Assembly (NCBI GenBank): GCA_030390025.1
Contig: CM059432.1
Location: forward strand, 116,438,001-116,502,000
DNA: 64,000 bases
From: Squalus acanthias
Lineage: Eukaryota
Direction of reading: 5' to 3'
Part shown: positions 24,290 to 51,718 of the stretch, one piece after another
Numbering within the stretch: the first letter of the stretch is position 1
Layout: every line of letters begins with the position of its first letter
The notes under the pieces: generated by a model
The model's database searches: none
Seen by the model: the letters and a program-made list of their open reading frames with translations, nothing else
Told to the model about the DNA's origin: nothing
Made by a program: the position numbers and the translations under genes

Positions 24290-24600
24290 ATCAGCATATC
24301 CTTCTATTCCTTTCTCCCTTATATCGCTTCTCCTAAAATGCATCTATGCTATTCGCTCCAACTACTCATTGTGATAGTGAGTTCCACATTCTAACCACTC
24401 TCTGAGTAAAGAAGCTTCTCCTGAATTCCCTATTGGATTTATTAGTGACTATCTCATATTTATGGCCCCTAGTTCTGGTCTCATCTGCAAGCGGAAACTT
24501 CTTCTCTACATCTACCCTATCAAACCCTTTCATAATCTTAAAGACCTCTATCAAGTCACCCCTCAGTCTTCTCTTTTCGAGAGAAAAGAGCCCCAGCCAT
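24290..24600 (-). mobile_element. CR1 LINE 3' fragment
   Basis: LGLFSLEKRRLRGDLIEVFKI...FFTQRVVRMWNSL. Confidence 0.9.
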
Positions 24601-25645
24601 TTACTTGCTCTGATCATGGCCTGCAACAAGCTGGTTCTGTGTCTTTGGAAGTTTCCATTGTATAGCACCTCCTTTTCCTTTAAATTATCAAACAATATGT
24701 TCTACTTGTGTAAGTGATATAAGATGGTGAAATGTTAGTTGATGCGAATAATGCAACAGCAGGATTTCTCAACAATCTGGGTGTCAGGCAGGTATGCAAA
24801 CGTGTAACACAGGAAATGATTAGTGCCAGTCCTCCTGATGCATTTCAATGGTTTTAATCCGTTGAACCTTTTAAACAAGAAATTTCCATTCTACTTGCAA
24901 AAGATCCACATCGTCTGCATTAACTGTACAAGAATATACATACGTGCAAGAGGAACAGCTCTAGTATTAGCATTTAACATTTGATCGAAAGATATCTGGT
25001 CAGAATGGAGTCCTCGAGTGCTACCTATGCTATGCCAGTTGCTTGAACGCGAGAGGCTGAAGGAGGAGGATCAGGATAGATAATCGGTGACAAGTATAAT
25101 GTTTAATTTTACATATGCCCGTACAAGCCATGGGTGGTATCTTGTTCAGAAGGATATTTTGATAAGTATTGAAGAGAAAACAGCATTTCTATCCATCTTG
25201 CTTATTTACTCTTCTTGGCAGTTGTTACAGGGTCAGCACAGAAGCCATAGCTAACGCCTGCGATGTTACTTGAGGGGTTTTGGAAGGACCCTGTGGTATC
25301 AAAACTAACAGCAGTGGAGGCTTTCACTGCCACTGCTAGTGCTGTGCAGATGGTTGGCTATCCCTGCAGAATTTTATTGACAGATGACACATCAGTTGCA
25401 GTTGAGCCTGAGCTTCTTCACTCACTGTTCTTTTACCAAGGCCAAGAGTTGACTTAGTTGCAGTAGATCCGTTGCCTGGGATAATTTGCTACAAAAGCTC
25501 TCTGTGCTCTCAGTCCACACACTTCTGTTCTTGCTTTATGTCTCAATGAGTTCTCCCAGTTCACATGATCTGTTATCGGCTCACGTCCATGCACCTTGCA
25601 TCAGCGTCTTGTTTGGGAACTGTCCACCACCAAAAAAGGTCCTGC

Positions 25646-26162
25646 TGTTGAGGCTGCCATGAAACACGAATTAAAGCTGAATCCATGTGTGGAAAACAAG
25701 AGACTTTTTTAATACAACTGCATGGTACAAAATGGCTGAACAGACTGCTCCCAGAATTCTCTGGAAAAACCCTAAGGCCCCGCCCACTCCTGCCTTAAAG
25801 GTAAGGGGGGAAAAATTCAGTTGGTTGCGCCTCCCGTTAGAGCCTTAAGAGGGCGCTAATGGGGCGCAAAGCATCTAGCGCCCAGGCGCGGCGAAGTTTG
25901 TGCCGCTCACGAAATTAACTAGACATTTTGCGGCGGCGCTAAACACTACCGCCACGATCTCCTGCGCCGGCAGATCGTGATGTCAGTCGAGTGCGCAACG
26001 CCCCGGAGCGGATATTGAGTGGCGCCCCCTGCCTTACCGCCTGACGCTAGCAACGACAGGTTGAGGGGAGCGTTCTGCAGTTATGAAGGGAAAGGGGGAG
26101 CGCGATTTAAAGGTGACCGCTTCCTGCCTTTTATTGTTGGTGCCATTTTTGAACTACGCATT

Positions 26163-26199
<37 letters not shown>

Positions 26200-26785
26200 C
26201 TGGAGAGATTCAACGTTGTGTGAAGGAGTTTTGGGTACTGAGCAGCACTTTGCAGGTTCATTTTGATTTGCCATTCCTTGTATCGATTTAGAAGAGACTG
26301 TGGGGGCTGCACTCTGAACTCTTTGCCTGGTACTCTCCATTGTTTTTTCCAGCAGATTTGATGTGCAGGTCTCTCCAGGCCGAGATTCAAGGCTGCAATG
26401 AGCAGGATGTGGATGGAAAGCAAGATTAACCATCCCCTTTAAGAACTGGCCCGTGCCATTGTGTGTGTGTTCCATTGCTGACTGACATTACATGAGCTTC
26501 GCCAGCGCTCTGAGGTAGTGCCTCGCTCCTCGGCCTTTGCGCCTTAAGACAGGTGTGAAGCGCCTGATTTAGCGCTCCAATCACCTCCAGGGGCGATAAA
26601 AGTCAAGTTTGCAGTCGGTGGCGATAATTAGCGCCAGGCGCTAATATTTGTGCCCGGCCGATAATTGCGCCCCAAATGGGGCGATACTGAATTTCTCCCC
26701 CAAGGTGCCTTAAAGGGAAGGTGCTCGATATATTGTCCATGGACGAAAAAGTGGATAATGCCCGTTTAGGTGGCGATCCGCCACA
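25646..26785 (-). repeat. 3' LTR (241 bp) interrupted by a Harbinger MITE
   Basis: Matches 30624-30864 after removing 899 bp (element plus TSD). PPT-like tctggggggagctg is adjacent at about 26786-26799. Confidence 0.93.
25806..26701. mobile_element. Family A non-autonomous deletion derivative, 896 bp
   Basis: TIRs gggggaaaaattcag/ctgaatttctccccc, TSD AAG. The first codons of the transposase are fused to the first codons of Myb near 26313. Confidence 0.95.
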
Positions 26786-26805
26786 CAGCTCCCCCCAGAA
26801 TCCGC

Positions 26806-29800
26806 TTAGGAGGTGTGGACGAGACGGTGCGGCGGTCTGATGGGCCGGCCGGAGCGGCTCTTGTAGGACGCCGGTGGACGTGGAACGGCCGGGCGTGGAG
26901 CAGCCGGGTGAACCGGCTTGAGGGCAGGTCGGCCGCGTGGAGGTGGACGAGCTACAGGGACCTGCTCACCGGGCTCCGAGTGTGCTGGCTTGAGTCGGTC
27001 AACCGACACTTTTTCGGTCCTGTCGCCCACTTGCAGGGTGAAAAATTTGTCCCCAGCCTGTAGCACCTTGTAGGGCCCGTCGTACGGGGGTTGAAGGGGT
27101 CCGCGGTGGGCGTCGTGCCGGACGAAAACAAACTGTGCCTGGTGCAGGCTTAGTGGGACGTGTGAGGTGGATTCGCCGTGTCGGGCAATGGGCACCGGGG
27201 CGAACTGCAGCGCCGGTGAGGCGAAGTCGTGGCGTTGCTGGTCGGCTGACCAGGGTGTCATGGCAGTGGGCAGAAACTCGCCGGGTACGCACAGCGGCTG
27301 ACCGTACACGAGCTCTGCTGCCGATGCGAGGAGGTCTTCTTTAACCGCGGTGCGCAGGCCGAGGAGGATCCACGGAAGTCGGTCGGTCCAGGCGCCGTCC
27401 TGGAGGCTGGCTCGAAGAGATGCCTTCAAGGATCTGTGGAACCGCTCACACAGTCCGTTGGCTTGGGGGTGGTACGCTGTGGTGCGGTGAATGGTCACCC
27501 CGAGATTGCGTGCGACGGCGGTCCAGAGTTCAGAGGTAAATTGCGGACCTCTGTCCGACGTACCGTGCGACCCAGGTGCTGACGAAGGCTCTGGCGATGT
27601 CGGCGGTGGTGGTAGAGGTCAGTGGAATTGCCTCGGGCCAGCGTGTGGTGCGGTCACCGATGGTCAGCAAGTGCGTGTGACCTTGCGACGGCGGCAGGGG
27701 CCCGACGATGTCCACGTGGATGTGGTCAAATCTCCGCGAGGGGACGGTAAACTGCTCAAGGGGTGCTTTCGTGTGTTGCTGTACCTTGGCCCGTTGGCAG
27801 GCTAGGCAGGAGTTGGCCCAAGTACGCACATCCTTGCGAAGGCCGCGCCAGACGAAGCGGTTGGCTACAAATTTGATGGATGCGCGGGCGCCGGGGTGGG
27901 AGAGGTTGTGGAGAATGTCGAATACCCGGCGGCGCCAGGACGCTGGGACGACGGGCCGAGGTTGGCATAGGGATATGTCGCACTTGACCGTGACTGCGGT
28001 CGGGCCACAGGCGACGTCGGCCAGGCGTAGCCCTGGTAGGTTGGTGGGTGCGGAGAGCAGATCAGGGTCGGTGATCTGGTCTGCTGCGAGTTGAGCGTAG
28101 TCGACTGCCAGGTGTGCGGCGTGGATGGCGGGGCGGGAGAAGCAGTCGGCTACCACATTGTCTTGGCCGGAGACGTGTTGGATGTCCGTGGTGAACTCGG
28201 ACACTGCCGCGAGCTGGCGCTGCTGCCTGGCGGACCAGTGGTCGGTTGTCTTTGCCATTGCGAATGTCAGGGGCTTGTGGTCGACAAACGCAGTGAAGGG
28301 GTGGCCCTCAAGCAAAAACCGGAAATGGCGGACCGCCAGGAACAGCGCGAGGAGCTCGCGGTCGAAGGTGCTGTACTTGACCTCCGGGGGGCGTAGTTGG
28401 CGGCTGAAGAAGGCAAGTGGTTGCCAGGCGCCGTCGACCCACTGCTCATACACGGCGCCGACCACGTGGTCGGAGGCGTCCGTGGTGAGCGCTACCCTGG
28501 CATTGGGCCATGGGTGCGCGAGCAGGGTGGCGTTGGCGAGCGCGGTCTTGGTGGAGTCGAAGGCGGCGGACGCGTCTGCCGTCCATTCGACCGCCATCTT
28601 GCCGCTCCTGCCCCGGAGGGCTTCATACAGGGGCCTCATGAGGGACGCCGCTTTGGGGATGAAGCGGTTATAGAAATTCACCATCCCGAGAAACTCCTGG
28701 AGGCCTTTGATGGTGGTGGGGCGTAGAAATTATTGGACGGCCTGCACCTTGGTGGGCAGGGGAATGGCCCCAGCATGGGTGATGTGGTGGCCGAGGAAGT
28801 CGATCTTGTCCAGGCCGAACTGGCATTTGGCTGGGCTGAGGATGAGCCCGTGGTCGCTGAGGCGCCCGAACAGGATGCGAAGGTGTTCGAGGTGTTCCTG
28901 CTTGGAGAAACTGGCTACCAGGATGTCGTCCAGGTAGATGAACAGGAACTTCAGGTCCTGAAGGACCGAGTCCATGAGCCGTTGGAATGCCTGGGCCGCG
29001 TTTTTGAGGCCGAAGGGCATCCGCAGGAACTCGAACAGGCCGAAGGGGGTGATTACGGCCGTCTTGGGGACGTCTGCGGGGTGGACGGGGACTTGGTGGT
29101 AGCCGTGCACCAGGTCGACCTTGGAAAAGACTGAGCGGCCGGCCAGTCTAGCCGAGAAGTCCTGAATGTGCGGCTCGGTGTGCCGATCAGGGGTGGTGGC
29201 GTCGTTGAGGCGGCGGTAATCCCCGCAGGGGCGCCAACCTCCGCCTGGTTTGGGGGCGATGTGGAGTGGGGAGGCCCAGGGACTGTTGGAGCGGCGGATG
29301 ATGCCGAGCTGTTCCATGGTGGCAAACTCGGTCCGCGCGATCTCCAGTTTGGTCGGGTCCAGCCTGCGGGCATGGGCGTACACTGGGGGGCCCTGTGGTG
29401 GGGATGAAGTGTTCCACCCCGTGTTTGGCGGCCTCCGCGGAGAAGGTCGGATTGGTAAGGGCCGGGAATTCGGCCAGGAGTGCAGAGTAGTCATCCGTGG
29501 CCCGGGCGTGGCACTGTGACGCCATGTCGGCGGGTTGACGGGGGGCCATGGCGCCCAGGATGGGGGACATGGTGTTCATGTCCACGAGGCGGTGACGGGG
29601 GATGTCTACCAGTAGGCCGTAGGCGCACAGGAAATCTGCGCCGATGAGAGGGGAGAGCACCTTGGCAGTGATGAACTCCCATCGGTAGCGGCGACCAGCG
29701 AGGTCGAGGGTGACTGTCCGGGTGCCATACGTCCGGATTTCCGAGCCGTTAGCAGCAACCAGCGCCGGTCCTCGTTCGCCCTTTTGGATGTCGAGGGAGG

Positions 29801-30583
29801 AGGCCGGGATGATGCTGTGCTGAGCCCATGTGTCGCACAGGAACCGGCGGCCGGTTTTGTCATCCGTGACGAACAGCAGGGAGCCCGCATGGCCCACGGC
29901 CATCGCGGGGGCTGGTACAGGGGCGGACTTGAAAGAGCAGGGAGGTGTGCACCGTTGTGCCCTGGCGCCGAACCGTGCGTGGTAGTAACAGTGGCCCGGG
30001 TTAGTGGGGCGTGAAGGCCCCGTGGGCCTGGTGGCAGGCCCTTGTGGCCGCGTGGTGGCCGGTGAGGGGCGCGCCCAGGCATTGGCTGCCAGGTCCGGAG
30101 TGACGTCGCGGCTGGAGTGAGCGGACAGCAGCTTGTCGGCCTCATCGGCCAGGGCTTCCAGGTTCGTGAGGCCGGACGCCACGATCGCTGGGCGGATGCT
30201 GAGAGGGAGCTGGTGGATGAACAGCGTGCGGAAGAGGGATCCGGGTGGGCTCTCGTCGATGAGGGAGAGCATGTGGGAGAGGAGGTCTGACGGGGAGGCA
30301 TCGCCAAGGCCTGGAAGGTCGAGGAGGTGGCAGTTTCGCTGATATGCCGAGGCCGTAAATTTTTTAAGGAGCGCTGTCTTGAGATGTGCGTACTTGCCTT
30401 CCTCTGGTGGGTTCTGCAGCGCTGTCCAAACCTTCGAAACTGTGGCGCTACCGAGTGATGTGATGAGGTAGTCGTACTGCGTCCTATCTGTGGTGATGTT
30501 TCGCAGCCGGAAGCGAGATTCAGCTTGGAGAAACCAGGCTTCGGGCTGGTTTTCCCAAAACTCCGGCAGTTCGTGTCCGCCAT
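26806..30583 (-). pseudogene. Gypsy gag-pol (CHCC gag, protease, RT, RNase H, integrase), frameshifted
   Basis: LPEFW..PEAWF; CYYHARFGARAQRCTPPC; FLCDTWA (DTG mutated); YLDD; TDAS/RELLA/DHKPL; HNLSHPG..CLAC; HVDIVGP; NGLCERFH. Breaks near 29400, 28730 and 27560. Confidence 0.92.
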
Positions 30584-30608
30584 TGCAGTGCTCGGAATAC
30601 GTTCTGAG

Positions 30609-30622
30609 CGTCGGGGTCACCA
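30609..30622 (-). promoter_or_regulatory. Primer-binding site complementary to the tRNA-Trp 3' end
   Basis: TGGTGACCCCGACG, one nt inside the 5' LTR; the tRNA-Trp end CGUCGGGGUCACCA is recalled, not searched. Confidence 0.85.
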
Positions 30623-30623
30623 A

Positions 30624-30864
30624 TGTTGAGGCTGCCGCGAAACACGAATTAAGGCTGAATCCATGTGTGGAAAACAAGAGACATTTTTAATACAACTGCA
30701 TGGTACAAAATGGCTGAACAGACTGCTCCCAGAATTCTCTGGAAAAATCCTGAGGCCCCGCCCACTCCTGCCTTAAAGGTAAGGTGCCTTAAAGGGAAGG
30801 TGCTCGATATATTGTCCACGGACAGAAAAGTGGATAATGCCCGTTTAGGTGGCGATCCGCCACA
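30624..30864 (-). repeat. 5' LTR (241 bp)
   Basis: tgttgagg...ccgccaca, followed by TSD ctgc. Confidence 0.95.
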
Positions 30865-31024
30865 CTGCTGATGTTTCTCCATTGCAGTACACTGGGCCAG
30901 TCAAGGCCCAGGTCTATTTCACAAAATATCTGAGCACTTCATAGCCAGATTCAAGAACTTATTATTTATATGCCAGGTAAGTGGCTTGTTAGCTGCTTGA
31001 AAAGTGTTAAAGGATCAGTATCAC

Positions 31025-31128
31025 AGTTCTGACGAGAGGTCATCGAACTGAAACGTTAACCCTATGTTTCTCTCTCCAAAGATGCTGCCTGATCTTTTAA
31101 GTGTTTCTAGCATTTTCTGTTTTTATTT
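31025..31128 (+). mobile_element. Penelope terminal repeat fragment with hammerhead core
   Basis: agtt-CTGACGA-g-aggtc-atc-gaact-GAAA-CGTT-aac. Confidence 0.72.
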
Positions 31129-31294
31129 ATTATCACAGGCTGATCTTTTTGGTATTCCTGCAAGCAAAATTCTATTACATAGAAATCACCTGCTTAAAGA
31201 TCCCATGCATCTGCCGTTTTTTTAAAAAGTAAGTTGTATTTACCTATTGAAAAATAGGTATTAACTTAATTCTGGAAAATGGAAAGGAAAATAT

Positions 31295-31475
31295 TGTCTA
31301 GAAATTTGTCTCGGACGGTGGCGCAAAATTAGTGATATTGGATCGGCCGCCTGTTATACTCAGCGCCTGTTATACTCAGCGCCTGACACCATCGACTGCA
31401 ATGCAACTGCGTTTAACGGGCAGCCAATCCGATACCGCCCGTTTTGCACCACCGCCCGAGACAAATTTCTAGGCC
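31295..31475. mobile_element. Short palindromic MITE
   Basis: ctagaaatttgtctcgg/ccgagacaaatttctag inverted arms, TAT flanks, internal 18-bp duplication. Confidence 0.8.
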
Positions 31476-32023
31476 TATATCCCTTTGTGTCTAATCCTGT
31501 AACTTGATCATCTTATAAACACAAGTCATGCTGTCGATGCTGAAAACCAATAACAATAACCTAAAAATGATAAAACAGAAAATAATTTATTTATACTTCA
31601 AAGTGAACAGTAAGTAATCCAGATCTTGCCAAAATACATGTCATAAACACACATGTTAATAACTGTGATCCAATAAACAAAGCTGATTTTAATATTGAAT
31701 ATGCAAAAGTTAGAATGGCTGCGTTAAGAACAACAGACTTTCTTGTTTAACTACAAATTTTGCAGCAAACCTTCAAAAACCTCAGAGATTTCTTCCCTTG
31801 GTAATTAAGTGAATATTCAATTAGTTAGCAACCAATTTTACCACCTAATTTAGATGTCTGCTACAAAAATTTAATTCCAACTGAAGCATTATCTAAAGTT
31901 TCTTCTATTTAAAAATATTCTTAAATTTAACAAATTCCAAAGATAACAAGAACATGAAAGTCAGAATGGTTTAGGTTCAATTCAGACTGAGACTTCAAGG
32001 TAGTCTCTAAAAGTAAACACACT

Positions 32024-32187
32024 GGCCCTGAAATTCCACAGGGCTACCACTGGTCTCCCGTTGTAACTCTAATGGAAACCCCAGAGAAATGGCGTATACT
32101 GTCATTTTTGGCTGTTTATGCCATTTCTCTGGTTTCCACTGGAATTATGAAGGGCAACTGGTGGTAGCCACGTGGAATTTCATGGCC
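32024..32187. mobile_element. Short palindromic MITE
   Basis: ggccctgaaattccac...gtggaatttcatggcc with long imperfect arms. Confidence 0.75.
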
Positions 32188-32289
32188 ATCACCTGCTACT
32201 AAACATATTTCTCAATTTTTGAGTGTAATATCTATGGTGGAAGATCTTCCCTGTGTTCTACATGCAGAAAAATTGTAATTAAACTCTAT

Positions 32290-33008
32290 GGCCCGTATTT
32301 TCCGATCGCAGGCCTCCACCCGCGGGATCTGCGCCCTTACCTGAGGGCTCCCGGGACGCACACTCTTCTGCTCCTGGGCCTCACCAAACTTGAAGTGAGC
32401 AGGGCCCACGTATCCCAGAGGCGCATGTAGTTTGCAGCGTCCCTAGGATCACATGGGCCATGGGGAGCCAATCACAGAAGGGAATCTCCCTTCATACATT
32501 TGACAAGAAGACCTGTCAAATATATTAATGGAGATCAATGGAAAAACAGTAAAACTTTAAATAAATTAAAAAAAAAAAAATCACATTTTTAAAATGACTT
32601 GAAATTACAATAAATTAAGTATTTTAAACAAAAATTTAATTTTTGAAAAAAATAATTAAAGTTTTTTACGGGGCTAAAAATAAACTTAAATGATAAATCA
32701 GTGAAAAAATTTTTTTTAAATACTTTTTTCAACTCTTATCCTGGTAAAAGCAGGCCTTACACTTGCTTTTACCAGGCGTAAGAATTGTAAGGGTTTTCTG
32801 CGGGCAGAGGGTCGCCAAAAAGCGGAACCATCCGCCCGCAGAGGCCCTTCTCCAGGGCAGCCGGAGGATCTGTCAAGACCATTCTTGACAGATCGGAAAT
32901 GCTGGTTTTCAGTGCATACGCTGTGCATGCCTGAAACCGGCATTTCCGATGTCCCTACGGGTGAGTACACAGCGCGTACCCACCCGTAGGGATCGGAATA
33001 TCTGGGCC
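32290..33008. mobile_element. Harbinger-type MITE, 719 bp
   Basis: TIR ggcccgtattttccgatc/gatcggaatatctgggcc, TSD TAT. Confidence 0.8.
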
Positions 33009-33109
33009 TATGAAATCATTTGATGACACCACACACGGTACACAGACAAAATCTTCCTGGTGCAATTGACAGAGCAGTACAATTAACTAGGATTGCAAAG
33101 TGACTCTGA

Positions 33110-33328
33110 GGGGGTAGATTTTAACGTTGTGCGGTAGTGTATAATGGGCGATAGTGAATCGGCAGCCCATTTTACAACTCTCCCCATTTTTATTTCCAAT
33201 GTAAAACGGGCTGCCAATTTGCTATCACCCATTTTACACTATCGCACAAAGTCAAAATTAGCACCAGACTGCCAATTTGCTATCACCCATTTTACACTAT
33301 CGCACAAAGTCAAAATTAGCACCAGACT
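33110..33328. mobile_element. Palindromic MITE with tandem duplication of its right arm
   Basis: Inverted arms; ctgccaatttgctatcacc...aattagcaccagact occurs twice. Confidence 0.7.
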
Positions 33329-33900
33329 ATGTTCTAATGCTTGGAGCTGAAGGCTCTATGTAATATCAAGAACTCAAAGGGCACTATTTTATCCAAAATG
33401 GTAGCAGATATTTATTTTATCACCTTGGACTGAATTTTATTTCACAAATGTTTACCTATAGACAGTGCTTTGTAATGCCAGTGAGTAATAGCTTCTGCTC
33501 CACTGCCTACTATCAGCCAGTAAACGTTACTAGTCACTGACATAAAGGAGTGGGCAATGGTATTTTAGAGTGAAGCTTGATTTTAAAAGCAGGACTGCTT
33601 TTGTGCCATTGTTCATGGGTTCGTGTGAACGTCAACATTCACTGTCGGTAAGCTCTTTGATCTCGAAGGGCATCACACCTAACATCCAAGGGTGTTCACT
33701 TCCTGCTGGGGCATTTGGATAGCAAGAATGAGCAGGGACTTTGGGTGACTTTGCACTCCCTCCCTCAGAGGTGCTGAGGCTAACTTGAGATTAGCTAACT
33801 CAGCACAGATCGGGTATGGAACCTTGGACCTTCATGGTTTGCAGGGCTTAGCTACTGAGTAGATAACTTCAATGAGCCATCAGGAAACTATTAAAACTAT

Positions 33901-34072
33901 GGGATTAATTTTAACTGTTCCCACCAGGGGGAAAACAGGCATCAAACGATCGTCTGCTCTGTTTTCCTTTCCATTGACTTCAATGGAATGGAAAATCAAA
34001 CTGAGTGTAAAACGACTGGCCAACCTGCTGCTGCCTGTTTCTCGCCCGGAGAAACAGTTAAAGTCAACCCCC
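33901..34072. mobile_element. Palindromic MITE
   Basis: gggattaattttaactgtt...aacagttaaagtcaaccccc. Confidence 0.65.
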
Positions 34073-34687
34073 ATCTTTTAAATGAGTTGTTAATTGCAAT
34101 TTAACCCATGTAAAAAAAAAATTCTTTTCAGGTGTGTGAAACATTAATCCTACTGGGCAGTAAATGAACAATTATTTAAGACTATTTCAGAGAAGTAAAT
34201 CAGACTGCATTTATAACTTACTATACACATCACTGCACATATCACAATGATAAATGAATGTGTTCTTTCATGAAAAATATTTTATAACATATCAGAGTTT
34301 TAACAAAACTTAGTAACACAGAAAGTAAATTAGAGAAAGATTCTTTATGATTCGCACATAGTTACTGTAACTAATTAACAGTGAGTACAGCAATGCCATT
34401 GAATAACTTTTTGACAGAAATTGTTATCGTCATTACTGCTGGATAACATGAATCAGTTCTGTATTACTCAATATATTTGATTTTGAATAAATTAGATGGT
34501 ATTAGGATATAAGTAATAATCAAGCATAACAAACAAGACACAGGTAGCATACGCTAAACATTCCTGACAGTAGGAGATCCACAAAGAACATAAAACTTAC
34601 ATTACAATACTTGGAACATCTCTTTGCTTGCCTGTGAGACTCTATTCTACTCTATGTAGACATCTATCTTGATGAATATTCTCAAAT

Positions 34688-50236
<15,549 letters not shown>

Positions 50237-50821
50237 TTATTATAAAAAAGAGCAATTAGAAGTGAAAAGCTGAACATCCATAATCATCTCATTACTTTAT
50301 ATGGCATATCAATAAGATCTCCTTTTGGGTCTCTAATCGGCCTCACCCTTCCTTTAACTATCCTTTCACTTTTTATATGTTTAAAAAAGGTTTTTGGGTT
50401 CCCTTTTATGTTACCCGCTAATCTTTTCTCATACTGAAGCTCAGCAGGTAGCAGCAGTAGGTAGGGGAACGAGCACCGTAGGCTGGAACAGGTTATCTTA
50501 AACCTGATATGATTGAGTGGCAGAGTCACAGCAGGCGAGGCAGACAGTGTCGTCCAGCGGAGCAACACAATCCTGACGGCAGAGGAGTCAGTGAAATCAA
50601 ATATGAGTAGAGGACCTGCTGTCTAAAACAGCACAGTAAAAACACAGAACAAGCTGTGTTGGGGATGGGTAACGTGCTCATAACAGGTACCTATAAACTT
50701 GGATTGAACTAAAAATGCACTCACTATTATGGGCAGGAATCTTAAGCAGCCCAGGACAGGAAACTGGAGGAAAATTCATGGCCAAGGAGGGAGTTGCAAT
50801 GGAGAGAACTCAGTAAGGATT

Positions 50822-50975
50822 AAAAACAGAAAATGCTGGAAACACTCAACGGGGCAGGCAGCATCTGTGGAGAGATGGAGGTAGGGTCAACATTTCAGAA
50901 CAATGACCTGCTGAGTGTTTCCAGCATTTTCTGTTTTTAGTTCAGATTCTCAGCATCTACAATATTTTGCTTTTT
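50822..50975. mobile_element. Inverted pair of Penelope terminal-repeat fragments
   Basis: aaaaacagaaaatgctggaaacactca and its reverse complement tgagtgtttccagcattttctgttttt. Confidence 0.7.
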
Positions 50976-51718
50976 GAGCTCAGTATGGATCTGTCAGACC
51001 AGGAGCCATTTTTTACAAGACTACTCAGTTTGTATTTGCCCACAGGGACATCTGAAACATAAAAGATATTAATTATCTGTATTCCCAGCAAGGCCAGTGG
51101 GGATAGTCAGGTACAGTGTGTGCAGGATGCTGACTAGAAGAAGATCCTACAATGTAGGCAATATTTCCTTCTTCTACATAGCAAGGACTAAATTGGGCTG
51201 TGTAGCGCCCATTTTTTAGGCGCTACGCTGCCCCCTAATGCTCAAAAATAGGGTCCAAGATGTGCAATCATCTTGGTAAAGAAGATTGCGTTCGTGCACT
51301 TAACGAGTGCCGGCAGCATGCAGAGCAGACAGTTCATGATGCCAGCACTGACATTTTCCAACTGCACAGTCCAGCCAACGCCCTGTCTTAACCTTGCACA
51401 GCTGAACACGACGTTAAACGGAATGAAGGACCCCCCCCACCCCGCCATCAGCGCTATTTAAAAGGATCATGAACTACTTACAGGTTAGTTGCTGGATTAT
51501 TTCTTCTGGCTGCTGGTGCAATGGTACATGTTTTACAAGCTTTCCTTTAGCCATACGTGCCTAAAGTTTGAATAGTCTACAGGGAGTGGTCTGGCTGGTG
51601 CTGAAGAACTTTTATGTTCATTTAAAAGCCTGTGCTGAAACAAGTTTCTTCCAGACAAGGGTGGCCTGGTAGGGCTTCCTCTGGGAATTGAGCATGACTG
51701 GGAGAATGAAGAGAGGCC

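Larger units (their letters stand above)
25646..30864 (-). mobile_element. Full-length Ty3/Gypsy LTR retrotransposon, CsRn1-like, degenerate ORFs
   Basis: TG...CA LTRs of 241 bp, TSD CTGC, PBS, PPT and domain order gag-PR-RT-RH-IN. Confidence 0.95.

Noticed and set aside
24760..25640. Possible decayed coding relic (tyrosine-recombinase-like STRG motif)
   Set aside because: Too many stops and no second motif; left unannotated pending TBLASTX.
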